Assembly (NCBI RefSeq): GCF_009914755.1
Contig: NC_060943.1
DNA from: the human T2T-CHM13v2.0 reference genome, Homo sapiens
DNA length: 64,000 nucleotides
Direction: 5' to 3' (one strand)
Each line of letters opens with the position of its first letter. Position 1 is the stretch's first letter. The position numbers were made by a program, and so were the translations under genes. The notes beneath the pieces were generated by a model. That model did not search any database. It was not told where the DNA came from and saw nothing but the letters and a program-made list of their open reading frames with translations. This document shows positions 38,682 to 62,012 of the stretch, one piece after another.

Positions 38682-39294
<613 letters not shown>

Positions 39295-40200
39295 TAGCAG
39301 TTTATAACTTTCACTGTCTACAGGATGCTTACTGGAGGGTCAAGCCATCTGGAGATTCTGGAATCAGTTGTTGTTGATTGTGAGATGCTCTTGGAGAAGG
39401 AGCTGAGCAGTCCCAACAGTTGTCAGATGTGTAGATTCTCCATTTGTGTGCAGTTTTGAGGCTGTCGTTGGGCATTTATTAGGCCTTGGCCTACGAAGGA
39501 GCTGTTCTGTGCTCAAGGTGGCAGCTATGGCTGCTTGGGCGCTTTCTCTGTGCTACCTCACCCACCAGAGCATCAGCACTCTGTCAGTTGCCTGCCCGCC
39601 TGTGTTCCCTGCAGATCTGTGAACTCCTTGAGGGTTGTGCTATCATTGTGTCCTCAGTACTATAGTGGATACATAATACATTTTGGTTTAGTAAAATTAA
39701 TACAGCCCTCAGCATTGTTCGGATGCCTGAGACCCATGTATTGATAGGATTTTTTTCTGAGGTAAGAAAATGATTAGGATGTTTGGGATATCTTCTGGTT
39801 ATGCCGCTCCTCTGACAACTTGATGCTATCACAAAGGTAGACTGTCTTGGGAAATTTTTTTGCATTGTTCTTGAAATAATTAAGTTTTACTTGTGTTGAA
39901 ACCATTTGCTTTATTCATTTGAGCTCTCATGTGTCCCTTTGGCCTTCCAGTTTCACTAAGGTGGGTTCTTGAGCATTCGGAGTTGGGCTCAGGAACACAG
40001 GCTTAAACTAATTTGAAACTAAGGTAGGGATTACAGCCTTCCAATCTGTTCTTTCTAACTCTGATATTATCTACAGTGGTATTAAGTATTGTGTGGTGTG
40101 GACAGCCTACTAGGCTCTGCTGATAATTTCAGCAGCATCGTGTGAAGCTGAGTGACAGTGTTCATATTTACTTAGGATGTTGTAAAGCAGGGAAGATGGC

Positions 40201-41652
<1,452 letters not shown>

Positions 41653-41815
41653 TAGGAAATCAACATTGATCTAGTACTAATCTGTCTGTAATCTAATCTA
41701 TAGACATTCTCATTTCATCAGTTTTCCCACTACCTTCCTTTATAGCAACAGACAAAACACTGTTTTGGTCCAGGACCTTATCCTGGACCACACGTTACAT
41801 TTAGTGGTCAAATCT

Positions 41816-42613
<798 letters not shown>

Positions 42614-43277
42614 CTTGGCTTTGTTTTAGTTTTTTGGATATTTCATCGTGATCAAGTTCTGGGTTTGCACTTCTGGCAGATACCACAGGGCAGCAATGCC
42701 TTTGCTCTGTCCCCTCCACTTCATCTCTGCTGCCCACCATCACCCACCTTCTCAGTCCAGTCTATGGGTATGACAGTTTATCTGCTGAAAACCCATCCTT
42801 GCTTCTTTGTTGCCTACCAGATGCAGGTCGCACTCATAATCCTCCTTCCCGGACTCAGGAACAGCAAGACTGTTACTATGCCATTGTCCCCTGCCCTCCT
42901 TCCCACCCTCCTTTTTTTTCCCTCTCCCACTCCCTTCTTTCACCCCTTTCTTTCTGTTTTATGCTGCTTCAAGTATTAATTTTAAAATTGTTCTACAAGA
43001 ATGCGATTTATCAGAAGGATGTGAACCAAGCAGAATTTCTTAGTATTTCTTTGCCTTAGGGCATTCCCCTTGTGTGGTTTAAAATTTGTCCCCCATTCCT
43101 TTTTGCCTGTGGAACTTATCCTTATTCTTCAAGAGACTCCTACTCCTAATAGCACTTTGAATTTAACCTCCCTGGTAGTTCTTCTCAGCCAAATTTCACC
43201 TTCCTGAAAACAGGATTCTCTGTTCTCCTTGTCTCCCTAGAGCCCGATACAGCATATACATTAATTGATTATTGTAA

Positions 43278-46177
<2,900 letters not shown>

Positions 46178-47020
46178 GTAATATACTTGCTCACTGTAAA
46201 ACAAATTAATCATTATAGATATGTAGGACAGAAAGTAAAAATTCTTTATAATCCCAGTCTCCAGGAGTCATCTCATTAATGTACAGATTATGCTTCCTGC
46301 TAATGCTAGTCCCCCAAAACATTGAAGTCTGAGTATGAGATCATCTCTGTGCTGTTCCGCAGCTCATTGTCTGTTTTAGCAGAACATGATATCTTGGGCG
46401 TCACTTCTGAATTCCACCTCCAGGCCAATTGGATTTTGGTTTTTGATGTGAGGAGAGGATGCAAGAGCTGGTATGAGAGGAGGGTCTCTGGAAGTGTGGG
46501 AAGAGAAGCCTTGTTTGCAGAGGTGGCACGTGGCAGTTTCCTGTGACTGGCATCTCCCAGCCCCTTAGTTTGTGAGTAAAGTGCCAAATCCTTCTAAACA
46601 CAGATCACAAGAAAAAAGATCATCACTTTCTTACCTCAATTTACTGCTCCTGATGTTTACAAGCAGGGCGCTGTGTTGAGACTCCTCCCCGATATTTTCC
46701 CTTCTCAGGTTAGCTCCTACATTGTGAGGGAAATTGGTTCTGATTTGCACCTGTCTTCTTTCCTGAGCTTTCTGACCAGTTCATTTACCCTTGTTCATAC
46801 TTCTGAAAATCAGAATGTGGTCAAGAAATGACCAGAGAGTAGAACAGCTTTCAGATTGATCTGCAGATGCTTTTAGGACAGCCCAGCCCCGGACACCCTC
46901 TGTGCTTGCTGTGCTAATAGGATATTCGACTTTCACTCTCTCAGCTCCGGTTACATGGAAAGGCTGGATGAGGGCATGTCACTGCCACAGCTGCTCTGGG
47001 ACCGCCACTGAGAGTGGGAA

Positions 47021-47070
47021 GGAGGCGGGGTTGAGGGGGAGCTTAGGAGGCGGGGTTGAGGGGGAGCTTA
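47021..47070 (+). repeat. Perfect 25-bp G-rich tandem duplication
   Basis: (ggaggcggggttgagggggagctta) x2. Confidence 0.95.
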
Positions 47071-48373
47071 AGAGTCAGACTAACTTTCTATTTCTAGCTT
47101 GAATGCTTTTTTTCCTCCAGTTTTCATCTTTGTGGAAAATTGGTTGAGGCAATGGAGTCACTGCTCCCTTCTGCAGCAGTGTGGCTCCTAATGACAGAGA
47201 ACATTGGCCAAGCTCATCTGAGCTCTCTGATGCACAGCAGGAAGTAGAATTATTCAATTCAGTGTACCTCTCTGGAATGGGGCAAGAGGTTACTTTTAGA
47301 GCTGGCTCACAATCCTCCTGAGAATAATTTCTCAGGGTAAAGTACACTCTTGATAGCTCATGGTGGTCACAAGACTGAGGTTTTAAATCCTGGGTCTCAG
47401 GGCCAAATTTGAGTCAAGCCTTCCTAGGATTCAAGAAATCTGACAGCATAGGAACCCCCTGAGGCAGCTTCCAAGTGTCGTCACACCTGCCCACCCGGGA
47501 CGGTCTCAGCGTTCTGGAGACAGAATCCTAGTGCCCCACTTGCCTTGGCTCTGCTGTGTGTGTTCCCGGGTCCCCAGCCTCTCCTCAGCCTCACTTGCTA
47601 TTTAACTAGAAATAGCATTCTCTACGCATGCTTTCTTTGAATAATATGTGAGGCCAGACTTCGTTCCCTGTTTCTGTGATTTTTAACCTCTGCTTTTGGC
47701 AGTGTGAGAGGAGGCATGGCAACAGTGAGGAAATGATTTCCCTGGCCCCAGTCCTTTCTTAATTGGTTTGCTTACTGAGATGACCAACCCTCCACATCTC
47801 TAGCCAGTGCTGTAGAGGCCGAGAAGAGGAATTGTGCCTAGGGAGAAACAGTTTTACTGGGGCAGAAGGCACCCATCTTCTCTCTTGAGTTATGATGTAT
47901 TCAAACTATTCTATATAAATAACTGCCAGGACACAGTTTTGTTAGTGCAGCTGACTTTCAGTTAGTCCCTCTGGAATGAAAAGCTGTCTGAAGTCAAGGA
48001 AGGCCTGGCAGGTGTTCCCTCACCCCGCTTTCTGTTCCATACATGTTTCTTGAGCGTTGATATGGCCTAGGCCTGGCTCTGGGCACTCCGTCATATATGA
48101 TCCCATAAGAGATGGTGTTTTGCTCTAAGAACATGGGTGTGGTAGGAAGCTAGCCCTTGGGAGGGGTCAGGGTACATCTCAGTCCTCTGTCACTGTGGGG
48201 AGGACCTCAGTGTCAGTAAAGTTCAGGGTTAGTCTGGCTGGAAAAAAGGTGGCAGCATTGATATTCCCTTCCCTGTATATAAAACCTTGAGAGGAGTCCT
48301 GCATAAAATCCGGTGGCAGAACCCAGGCTCTGCCTCTCAGGGCAGCACCTACCTGTCATAGTAATTTAGCTGA

Positions 48374-48740
<367 letters not shown>

Positions 48741-49343
48741 TTCACATTTATTTTCAAAAGCTCTTTGCTGGAGGGTCTGCAGAGCCCCACCTTGGGGTAT
48801 CATTGCCTGCACTTAGGAGACTGTAATGTAAATGGTGCCTTCTTTATTTGCCTTCCAGGGGCACTTCCTTGATGGACACATAATCAGGTCAACTTTGACC
48901 TCTTGTCCCTGGTTGAGTGGGGAAATCCCAGAGAGAGGATCACGTGGTTGTAGGAAGACAAACTTCCAGATAACTCTTTAATAGCTTTAAGCTTAATTCA
49001 CTTACCATCTTTTTTGTGGGGGTGGATGGCAGATCTTGTTCATTAAATGAGTATTTATTGACTTTATATTAATTAAGCACCTACTATATGCTAGGCACTG
49101 TTTTGAACTCAGATAGCCCCCATGTGTCTGGGCGTGGGGGAGATAGATATAATCACATGAATGCATAATTCTTCAGACAAGGAATGTTATTGGATTTTAA
49201 AATTATTGGGGAATAAAATAACACACAGGACCCAGTGTTGGTGAGGATATGGAGCAATTAGAATCCTCACATTGCCGAAGGGAGTGTAAAAGGGCAGAGT
49301 CACTTTGGAAAACTCTTTGGCAGTTTATTAAAAAGTTAAATAG

Positions 49344-50249
49344 ATCCTTTTATAGTTCATAAGTGTGATGATGGGGTGTACAGGGAAAAACTCCAACCCC
49401 ATTTTTCCTCTAGCCTCACACCACCACAACAATCACCAACACAGAAGACTTATGTGACCAAATGTGTGGGGTGCTTTCCCCACACACCAGGCACCAGACA
49501 CCAGCTGGGTGTCCTCCGGTTCAATTCCAAAACCGTCTACCTAGAGATAGTGTCAGATCCTGCAGGTTGGGGGCTCAGCACCCAAGACTGCCCTCCACAT
49601 CCCCAGACACCAGTTGCAAGTGCAGGCCTCTGGAACTTCTGACTGACCGGCTTCAAGCTGGGGTTCCCATGACCCCCTCTTTGGGTTCAGTTAATTTCTG
49701 GAGCAGTTCACAGAACTTAGGGAAACACTTGCTTATATTTACTGGTTTATTATAAAGAATATTACATGGGATACAGATGAAGAGATGTGGGTAGGGCGAG
49801 GTACAGGGGAAGGTCGTGCAGCTTCCATGCCCTCCCTGGGCACCAGGAACCTCCAGTGTTCAGTTATCTGGAAGCTCTCTGAACCCTGTCCTCTTGGGTT
49901 TTATGGAAGTTTTATGACATCAGCATTCCTTCCCCCAGGGTATAGGGTGGGACCCTCGCAGGGGAGGGTCTTAAGACTCACAGTTGGAAGGTGGGGGAAG
50001 ATTAGAGTCCTGCCTTGTGGCAGGTGAAAGGAGGACAGGAGAGAGATTGTGTTTCCCGATACCTGCCCTTGGGGCCTAACACACCCAACATTATAACAAA
50101 AAACTATAACAAGGGCTGTGGGAGTTAGGAAACAAGAACTGTAGACAAAAACCTATGTATCATATCACATTGGGTTTTCATGCTCATGTGTGAGAAGTGC
50201 CTCTTTCAAACCTTGTTCTGACACATTATCTTACATGCAAGGAAAAAAA
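49344..50249 (+). pseudogene. U13 (SNORD13) snoRNA retropseudogene split by an LTR (5' part 49344-49376, 3' part 50170-~50235, short A tail to 50249)
   Basis: ATCCTTTTATAGTTCATAAGTGTGATGA joined to TTGGGTTTTCATGCTCATGTGTGAGAAGTGCCTCTTTCAAACCTTGTT matches U13 as I recall it (ATCCTTTTGTAGTTCATGAGCGTGATGATTGGGTGTTCATACGCTTGTGTGAGATGTGCC...). Flanked by degenerate TSD aaaaagttaaata / aaaaagctaaaca. Confidence 0.8.
49377..50169 (-). mobile_element. Solo LTR, MER21A-like (ERVL class)
   Basis: TG...CA termini, ~790 bp, 5-bp TSD (tgggg/ttggg). Internal sequence acagaagacttatgtgaccaaatgtgtgggg...ccagctgggtgtcctcc resembles MER21. Confidence 0.8.
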
Positions 50250-50736
50250 GCTAAACATACACTTACCATCCCACTTCTAGGTATTTGCCCAAGAAAAATG
50301 AAAACATACGTTCACACTAAGACTTGTACTCAGCTGTTTCTAGCAGCTTTGTTCATGACAGCCCCAAACTAGGAGCCACCCAGATGTCCACCACCAGGTG
50401 AATAGACCAGTAGGTCCATCCATCTGATGGAATACTTCTCATTCATTAAAGGGAATAAGTACGCTGTGTGTAACAACAGTGGGATCTCAAAATTATGCTT
50501 CTGAGAGTGATGGAAGCCAGACACACAAGACCATGAACCGCGGTTCCCTTTCTAGAAAGTTCTGGAAAATGCACACTAACCTACTAATGTGAAGCCAACC
50601 AGTGGTAGCCTGGAAGCTGGGATGGCAAGAAGAATCGATTGCAAAGAGACAATAGAAAACTTTTGTGGGTGGTGGAAGTATTCCATATTTTAATTGTGAT
50701 CATTTCACTCATGTATTACATATTTCAAAATTATCG

Positions 50737-51050
<314 letters not shown>

Positions 51051-51879
51051 TTAAATGGATACAGTTTACTGTATATAAATTATACCTCAATAAAGTTGAT
51101 TTTTAAAAACAAAACAAAAAAGAAGTCATTGGGGAACAGTTTTGAAGAAACTTGCTGTTTATATAATTTCAAAATATCATCTAGCGCATTAACTACTAGT
51201 TACAAAGGGGGACCACACCTTTATAATTTAAAGATCTGGGTATTACCACCTTACCAAAGTAGTTACACTCAGCATCTCTACTGGATGAACCCGACATTGT
51301 GTTGTGCCTCCTGGCCAAAAATATTTCACCTGAATTTTATCAGGGAGAAGCAATCAGACAAACCCAGAATATGATACATTTATAAAACAAGTGGCCTGAA
51401 CTCAACAAAAAAGGGGTCTCATGTGACTTCTCCATTTGTACCGTGAACTCGTTTTCCACTAGCCTAGTCAGATGTGAAACCCATGAAACTTGGAGTCACA
51501 GCTGACACCCCACCTTTGCCAGGCAGGAGTAGCTGGCCAACCATAGGCAAGACACCTAAACTTTCTAAGCCTCATTTTTCTGTTCCTTCAAATTGGGAAT
51601 TAAAATAACAACTCTTTCAAAGGGAGTTTTTGACAATTAAATCCTGTTTGTAATGTTCTTGGAGTAGTGCCTGGCACATAGTGATCATTCGGTCAATGTT
51701 AGCCATTATTTTGGTAGCTCCTGTCACTGACCTGCTGTGGTGTGGAAATCCCAATGGGACGTTTCCCCAAAACAGTAATGGATGAGACTGGGCAGTGTCT
51801 GTAGGCAGTTTTTAAAACTTCTCCTTGAAATATAACACACACTAAGAAAAGCACACCCATCTGGGCACTGGTTGCATAG

Positions 51880-52310
51880 GTCAGGAAAACAGAAGACGGC
51901 CACCCCCAAAGGCCCCTCGTCATTTCATCCCTCAACAAAGGATAACCAGTATCCTGGCATCCAATGGTATGGAATACTTTTGCCTGCTTTTGTATTTTAA
52001 AAATGGAATCATACCAAATGCACATTTTTGTACCTGGCTTCTTTCACTTAACATTATGAGATTCAGCTACATGATTAAATCCGTAAATTCATCCATGGTT
52101 GTGTATGATTGTAAATGGTTCGTTCTCATTGCTATGTAGACTTTCATCATGTGAATATTCCACAATTTCTTTCTTTCTTCCACTCTTCCTGGACATTTGG
52201 GTACTTTCCAGTTTGGGGCAGTTATGAATAGTGCTGCTGTGAACATTCCTGTACATGAATTTTGGTGTACATATGTGTGCACTTACATTGGTGTGTATAC
52301 CTAGAAGGGA
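51880..52310 (-). mobile_element. Old L1ME-like fragment
   Basis: aatggaatcatac...ctggcttctttcacttaacattatg...ggacatttgggtactttccagtttggggcagttatgaatagtgctgctgtgaacattc. Confidence 0.75.
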
Positions 52311-53789
52311 GGCAGTTTTGAATAATTCAGTTTAGCATGTTGGACACAATGATTTAAATGATGTCTCCAAGCACGTATCAGTCCCTGAAGGGGTAATAAT
52401 CTCTGAGGCTGATGGCAGAGGCAGTCAGGGGATCTCTCTGTGTTACTGAGCTTGTGGTGGTGTGTTTTTGTATCTTCGGGGCTGAAGGAGTGATTCTGGC
52501 AGGGTGAGTGTGGGTTCCCCAAAGCTATCACCACATTCTTGCCCCAGCTGGATCGTTGCCATCTACTGAGGCCTGGCTGGCCCTCCATTACCTCGCTGTG
52601 GCTCTCTCTGTGGTTTTGCATTGAGTCTGTGGTTTGCACACATCTTGATGACCCCATGGTTTTTACCTGCCGGGCCATCATAGGACAGTGCTCTCTGATG
52701 AAATGCTGGCCATTTGTGGCACAGAGAAGTAGGTGTCAACAAGAACACCTAGCAGTGAGACAAGTCTTCACCAAGACTCCAAAATGAAAGGTTCAGCCTT
52801 GTGGGCAGTTTGTGAGGAGAGGAAAGAGAGCAAGTCAAGAAATGAGGCTCTTACCCCAGTCCCTTTACAGGGCGAATGTGGAGCCCGGCAGCTGTGGACC
52901 AGTTTGTCTCCATCATTTGCAGGTCAGAGGTTACCCTCAGCTCCTCAGCTGCAAATGGAAGCCCTCTATCAAACGGCCTTTGCCAGAATACTTAGGCTGT
53001 GACCTTCCCCCTATGCAGCTCATTTGCCTGGGTAAATGAGTAGAGTGCTTTCTGCGTGGCAGATTTAAATTTCACCACTAATTGATGCTAGCGTCTTCAG
53101 GGGAAAATGCTTGCCATTAGATCACAGGCCTTTGGGAGACAGCCTCATAACAAATACATCCAGGACAGGGGGCGGGGATGGGGAAAGTACAGAATGCAGC
53201 TGTACCGAAAGGAACTGTGGGACGTGCCCAGAGAAACCAACTGAGTACTTTTGAGGCATGCCCTTGGGGACTGCGCATGTGCATGGTTGTGCCATGTGTG
53301 TTTTGATGGCCTTTTTTTTTTCTTGCTAGTGTATAGTATGTACAGGACAAACTTGGAGCCAAACTGTCTGGAATCAAATCCCAGCTCTGCTGCTTACAAG
53401 CAAATATTTAACTTCTCCATTGTTAGTTTCCTTGACCATAAAATGGGGATAATGATGGTACTTTGAGTCATGAGATGATTCAGTATGTTAGAGACCTCAT
53501 AACAGTACCTGGCAGGTTGTAAGTAGTCAATTTGCTACTGTTGTTGGTGTTATTATTGAAATGATCTAAGATGCATCTTCCACTCTAGGCAGGCCCCTGT
53601 GCTGGCCATCCCCTTCATTTGCCAAGTCCCCCATGCAGAGGCTCCTGGTCTTCAAGACCCAGTATGGGTGTCTCCCCAGGGAGAGTAGCCCACGTGACTT
53701 GTTCTCCCTTCTGCATTCCTCATGTCATAGCAGGGCGGGTCAGAGCATGGACTTTGGAATTGGTACAATTGGTTTAAAATCCCAACTGA

Positions 53790-54078
53790 AGGGGGATGGG
53801 GGATTAAGAGAGGATGCTTAAATGGATATAAAAATGCAGTTAGAAGGAATAAGTTCTAGTGTTTGATAGCCCAGTAGGATGACTATAGTTAACAGTAATT
53901 TATTGTATATTTCAAAATAACTGCAAGATGTGAAATGTTGCCAACACAAAGAAACGATATATATTTGAGGTGATGGATATCCTAATCATCCTGATTTGAT
54001 CATTACACATTGTATCCTTGTATCAAAATATCACATGTATCCTGTAAATAGGTATAATTATGTATCCATTTTTAAAAT
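53790..54078 (+). mobile_element. L1MA-like 3' end inserted in a MIR
   Basis: aggaataagttctagtgtttgatagc...gaggtgatggatatcctaatcatcctgatttgatcattacacattgtat. Confidence 0.8.
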
Positions 54079-54517
54079 ACATTATTTTTAGAATAGAATA
54101 TTAAAACTATGAATACTCAAAGTTCTGAATGAGTGTGTCATTTATTACATTAATTGTGCTGTTCAATTTAAATTTATGATCCTCCAAATAAATTGTCAAA
54201 ATGATTTGAAAGCAGGAACTATTATTTATCTTATGAAAAGTAAGCCCCATAACTAAAAAAGTTCCTGCAAAATAATCTGTAATTGTGTTTATATTACATG
54301 AATGATTCGCTGTTTCTCCAAAAGAGCATTTAAGAAGTCAGTAATTCTCAAATGTGCAAAGTATTTCCACGTGCTTAACAAGAAAACTATCTAAAACGAA
54401 ACAAACAAAAATCCCAGCTCTGCCACTTGGCTAAACTCTTTCACATTGCTGAGCCTCTGTTCTTCCTCTGCAAAATGCAGCTAATAATAATGCCCACCTT
54501 ATTAGGACTATGAGGAT

Positions 54518-54842
54518 TGTTTTTGTTTTGTTGTGTTGTGTTTTGTTTTGTTTGAGACAGGGTCTCCCTCTGTTGCCCAGGTTGGAGTGCAGTGGTGCGA
54601 TCTCAGCTCGCAGCGTGCAGCCTCGACCTCCTGGGTCTCAGGTGATCCTCCTAATTCAGCCTCCAGAGTAGCTGGGACCACAGGTGTGTGCCACCACGCC
54701 CAGCAGTTTTTGTATTTTTTGTAGAGATGGGGATTCGCCGTGTTGCCCAGGCTGGTCTTGAACTCATGGCCTTGAGTGATCTGCCCACCTTGAGTGATCC
54801 CAGAGTGCTGGGATTACAGGCATGAGCCACCATGCCTGGCCC
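54518..54842 (-). mobile_element. Alu (AluJ-like)
   Basis: Antisense dimer. Confidence 0.9.
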
Positions 54843-54929
54843 TACATCACTCTTTAAGTGGTCCTTTGTGCATTTATTTCTCTGCCTGGCTCCAGAGAGC
54901 TGGAGGACTGTGAAGACACTCCTTTTTTC

Positions 54930-55425
54930 GCATATTCAGCAAGTATATATTGAGCATCTTATACTATGTGCCATGCACTGTTTAAGATGCTGGTGATACA
55001 GCATTGGACCAGACAGACAAAATCCTCACCCTCGTGTGGCATACATTATAACCCGGGGGGAGACAGATAATAAGAAGTAAAATGTAAAGAACCTTAGTGA
55101 TTAGTGTTTGGGAAGGAAAAAAATGAAGCAGGAAAGGTGGGGTATGAAATGTCCGGGGTGAACATTAACATTTTAGATAAGGAGGGCTGGGGAAGAGTGG
55201 CTTTTGAGAAGGTCCTGAAGGAAATGGGGGAGAGAACCATGCCATTTCCTGGGGAAGAACCTTTCAGACAGAGAGAACAGCAAGTGCAAACGTCCAGAGG
55301 CCAGGACATTCCTGGGAAAGAGCTTGGTTTTTACTCTGAGTGAGGTAAGAAGCCATTGAGGGGTTTGGAGTGGAGGGACAGGACTTGGCCTTTGCTTAAT
55401 AAAATAACTGGCTGCTCTGTAGAGA
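54930..55425 (-). mobile_element. L2 fragment
   Basis: attcagcaagtatatattgagcatc...ctatgtgccatgcactgt...ttttactctgagtgagg...agccattgaggggtttg. Confidence 0.7.
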
Positions 55426-55894
55426 ACAGTCCTCGCCCTTGAGGACTTGTGTGTTCTTGTTCTAGCTGCCTTTCTGCAAATCTTTCTCCATTCTGCTATT
55501 CCTTTCTCTGGATGTATACCCAGTCCCCCATATTGCCGGCATGGGTTCAACCAAACCCCTCCTTCATACTTGAAAGGGTAGAGTAGCACACTCCAGTGTG
55601 GGGGCAGCCCAGGTTGGAGCCCAGCTGGAAGAATTCAGCACAGTAAGCAGACGGGTCACTTCCCGTCCAACCCTGTCTTTCCAAGCCCATCTTCCTTCAC
55701 ACTGGACTCCTTAGCACCTTCACACGGTGTCGTGCCTCTGCGTCGTTGTTAAACACTGTTCCTGCTGCCTAATATGTTGTTTCCTCTCCCATCTAACACA
55801 TTCCCATCCTTTCCGAAGCCTTCACACTCTAGACATGCCTCGATTATAGTAGCTGTCCCCTTGTGTTAGGGATACTGTTTCTGTCTGTCACTCC

Positions 55895-56120
55895 TTAGAA
55901 GAAGAGACAGGAGGGAGCTTGCTCTCCTCCCTCTGCCATGTGAGGACACGAGAAGGCAGCTGTCTGTATGTAAGCCAGCAGGAGGGCCCTGCCAGAAACC
56001 AAATAGGCTGGCCCCTCGATCTTGGACTTCCCAGCCCTCAGAACCATGAGAAAAAGAGAGCTATTGTTGAAGCCACCCAGTCTGTGGTATTTTGTTATGG
56101 CAACCCAAGCAGCTAAGACA
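55895..56120 (+). mobile_element. MLT1A-like LTR (ERVL-MaLR), 3' part
   Basis: gccatgtgaggacac...atcttggacttcccagcc...aagccacccagtctgtggtattttgttatggca...taagaca. Confidence 0.8.
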
Positions 56121-57777
56121 GATGGCAAGGTGACCAACTCAGGCATCAGAACACCTGAGAGCCTTAAGGCAGGGGCCCCTTCTTTCCTGATTCATGTGTC
56201 CCCATGGGACCTGGCTCTCCAGAGTCCTCCATCAGGGATCTTTGTGTCCACATGACCAGAACACAGCAATTGGGTCAGCAGAAATGGGAATTGAGGCAAC
56301 TGAAAGTCAGAAGGGCTGAGACAGGTGGACGAAGACGTGGACAAATGCCACTTGAGAGCCGTGGTCTGAAGAGATGAGCTCACGCCTTTGTGTAGTGCCC
56401 GGCTCCCAGGTGGTTTACTGTTTGAAATGTAAGCTGACTGGGTATCAGACAACTGAATCCCACTTTTTCAAACAAAGATGGTGCAAGGCCTTGTGATTTC
56501 ACCCCAGTTTGCGTTCTTTCACTCTTGGCTGGCATCCTTTGGCTATTTAAATTCGTAGCCTCCCAACAGTTTTTAAAAAACAAACAAACTCACACAATTT
56601 ATCTTTTCATGTAAGCTGCAATTTGGTTGAAACAAGACCTTTCTAGTACATAGTCCAAAGCTCCTGATAACTGAAACTACAATCAGTGTTTCTGTTCTGT
56701 GATCTGTTTTTTGTTTTAAAAGCCACAACAGAAAACCTTTTCTTCTGTTACGGCTGTCAGGAGCCGTTTGGGCTTAATCAATAATGAGGTGTTTCACTTC
56801 CTGGGGCTGGGCTATCTGTGGAGAGCACTTACTTCTCCGTAACCCATGAAGCCAGTGAAGGACCCTGAATCTGGGTAAATTCAAAATTCTTCTGAGCCTT
56901 GGATAGTCTTAGGCATAGTTCTGGCAGGGTCTGACTTGAAAAAGTAGGTTGTGTATTTATTATTGTCGTTTCAATATCACTAACACGAGGTGAAGAAGAA
57001 GAAGAAGGCAAAAGACCCAGCCTGAGCAGAACTCAATGTAACAGTCCTTGATTCTAAGCCGCCCCCGTCCATGTGATACAACTCCTAGCGGGGGAGGGAT
57101 AGTGGGGCATTATATTAAGTATAGGTATTAATGATAAGTTCGTCTAGTTTGGAAAACTTTTAAATGGGCAGAGATGAACATAATCAGATGGCAAGGATGT
57201 GGTAGTAGCTGTTTGAATAACAATAATGATGAGGATAGCTAACATTGATAAGCATTATTTCATGTCACCCTCTCCGTGACAGACAGAGCCTGAGAGGAGT
57301 CGCCATTGCCCCCACACAGCCAGCCTTTCAGCAGCCTTCTTGGCAGCAGCTATGTCAGACCAACAGTACCTTCCTAATTTTAGCCTCACAAAATTCATTT
57401 ATGTTTCATATATACCTTATTCACATAGCATGAAGGTAATTTCATACGATGTTTTTTGTTTTGTTTTGTGACAGGGTTTCTTTCCATCACCCGGGCTGGA
57501 GTGCAGTATTTCATACTTCCTGTATTTGTGGCAGGAAGCTTTATGCTTTATCATCAGAGTGATCTTTGAAGGGAAGGACTTACTCAGCATTTAAATAACA
57601 CAAGCTAGATTACAGAGCAACCCTTTAAACCATTTAAGAAAAAAATGATTTCCTTTTTAAAAAATGGTAATTGCTGTATGATTGTCAAATTTTTCCTCTT
57701 GAAAGTATTTTTTAAGTAAAAATGAGCCTGCATACTACACCCATGTATGACCATCATATAACAAGACAGGGTAAATG

Positions 57778-58540
<763 letters not shown>

Positions 58541-58818
58541 TAATACATCAGTGTGATTAAGAGCAGCCACATGGAGTCAGTCTCTTTGGATGCCAGGCCT
58601 AGCTCTGCTACCCAGTAGCTGTGTGATCTGGGGCAAGTGACTTACCCTGTCTAAGCCTCAGTTTCCTCATCTGTTAAACAGGCATGATGATGATAAGCAG
58701 TATTTTATGTATGCATATATCTTCCTACGTTTAACCAGTGGTTTCTAAACATTTGAGGCATATGTATAGCTCTCATCTTACTAATTACAAATTATCATTA
58801 GCTGTTCTTAAAGCAGAC

Positions 58819-60266
<1,448 letters not shown>

Positions 60267-60949
60267 GTGTATGGTTTAGTGTGTGCCAGATCCTTTTTAA
60301 ATTATTTCTCTTTGAAGATTCCTTCCTAGTCTAACAAATTTGTAGAAAACTACTATGGGAGGAGGGCCTAGCTTAGCAGGAGTTTTCCTTAAATATTTTA
60401 TGTGTGGATGACACTGCGAGGCTTTTTCCTCAGACATCTGGAACTGGCCATCGGAGAGCTGCTCCAGGCAGTTGCTCTCTGTTGCTCTACCTCGTTGATT
60501 GACCGCTTCCTGCACATTGGACCTGTATGTATGATCCTGCACACCAGATGGGATCTGAGGAAGGCTCAGTCAGGAGTCCCTGAACCAGTTCCCACTGTTT
60601 GAAACAATGGTTTTGCACCCTGGTAGTGAAGCATTTGCTTTTGAGAACTGCAATTGCATGCCTTCTCTGACATCTGTAACAACAGGCATTCTCTTTCATC
60701 ACTTTCCCACGCCCTCATTTGACCTTTACAGCATTTGGCCGTTTTTACTCATATATTGGGGATTGAGGTCACAGATGTCTCCAGTTTTGTCAAATAGGTG
60801 ATATTTCTGTTTCTCATTCTCCTGGTTGCTTTTGTGTGATTCTCCAGAGGAAAAAGGGTAAAATCTTTATTCTGCTGTTTTTAAACGAAGTACAGTTGTT
60901 TAAGTAAAATAAATTTAGCATTCTGGAAAATCTCCTTTTTTAAAAAAAA

Positions 60950-62012
<1,063 letters not shown>

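Noticed and set aside
53272-53283. NRF1-like TGCGCATGTGCA
   Set aside because: One mismatch, isolated, and not in a CpG island.
60402-60602. Protein-like 66-aa ORF with a possible acceptor at 60433; considered as the next ARHGAP35 exon
   Set aside because: It does not encode the expected GAP continuation (G-L-x-x-E-G-I-Y-R). Spliced to 39277 it stops after about 22 codons, and its pyrimidine tract is short.
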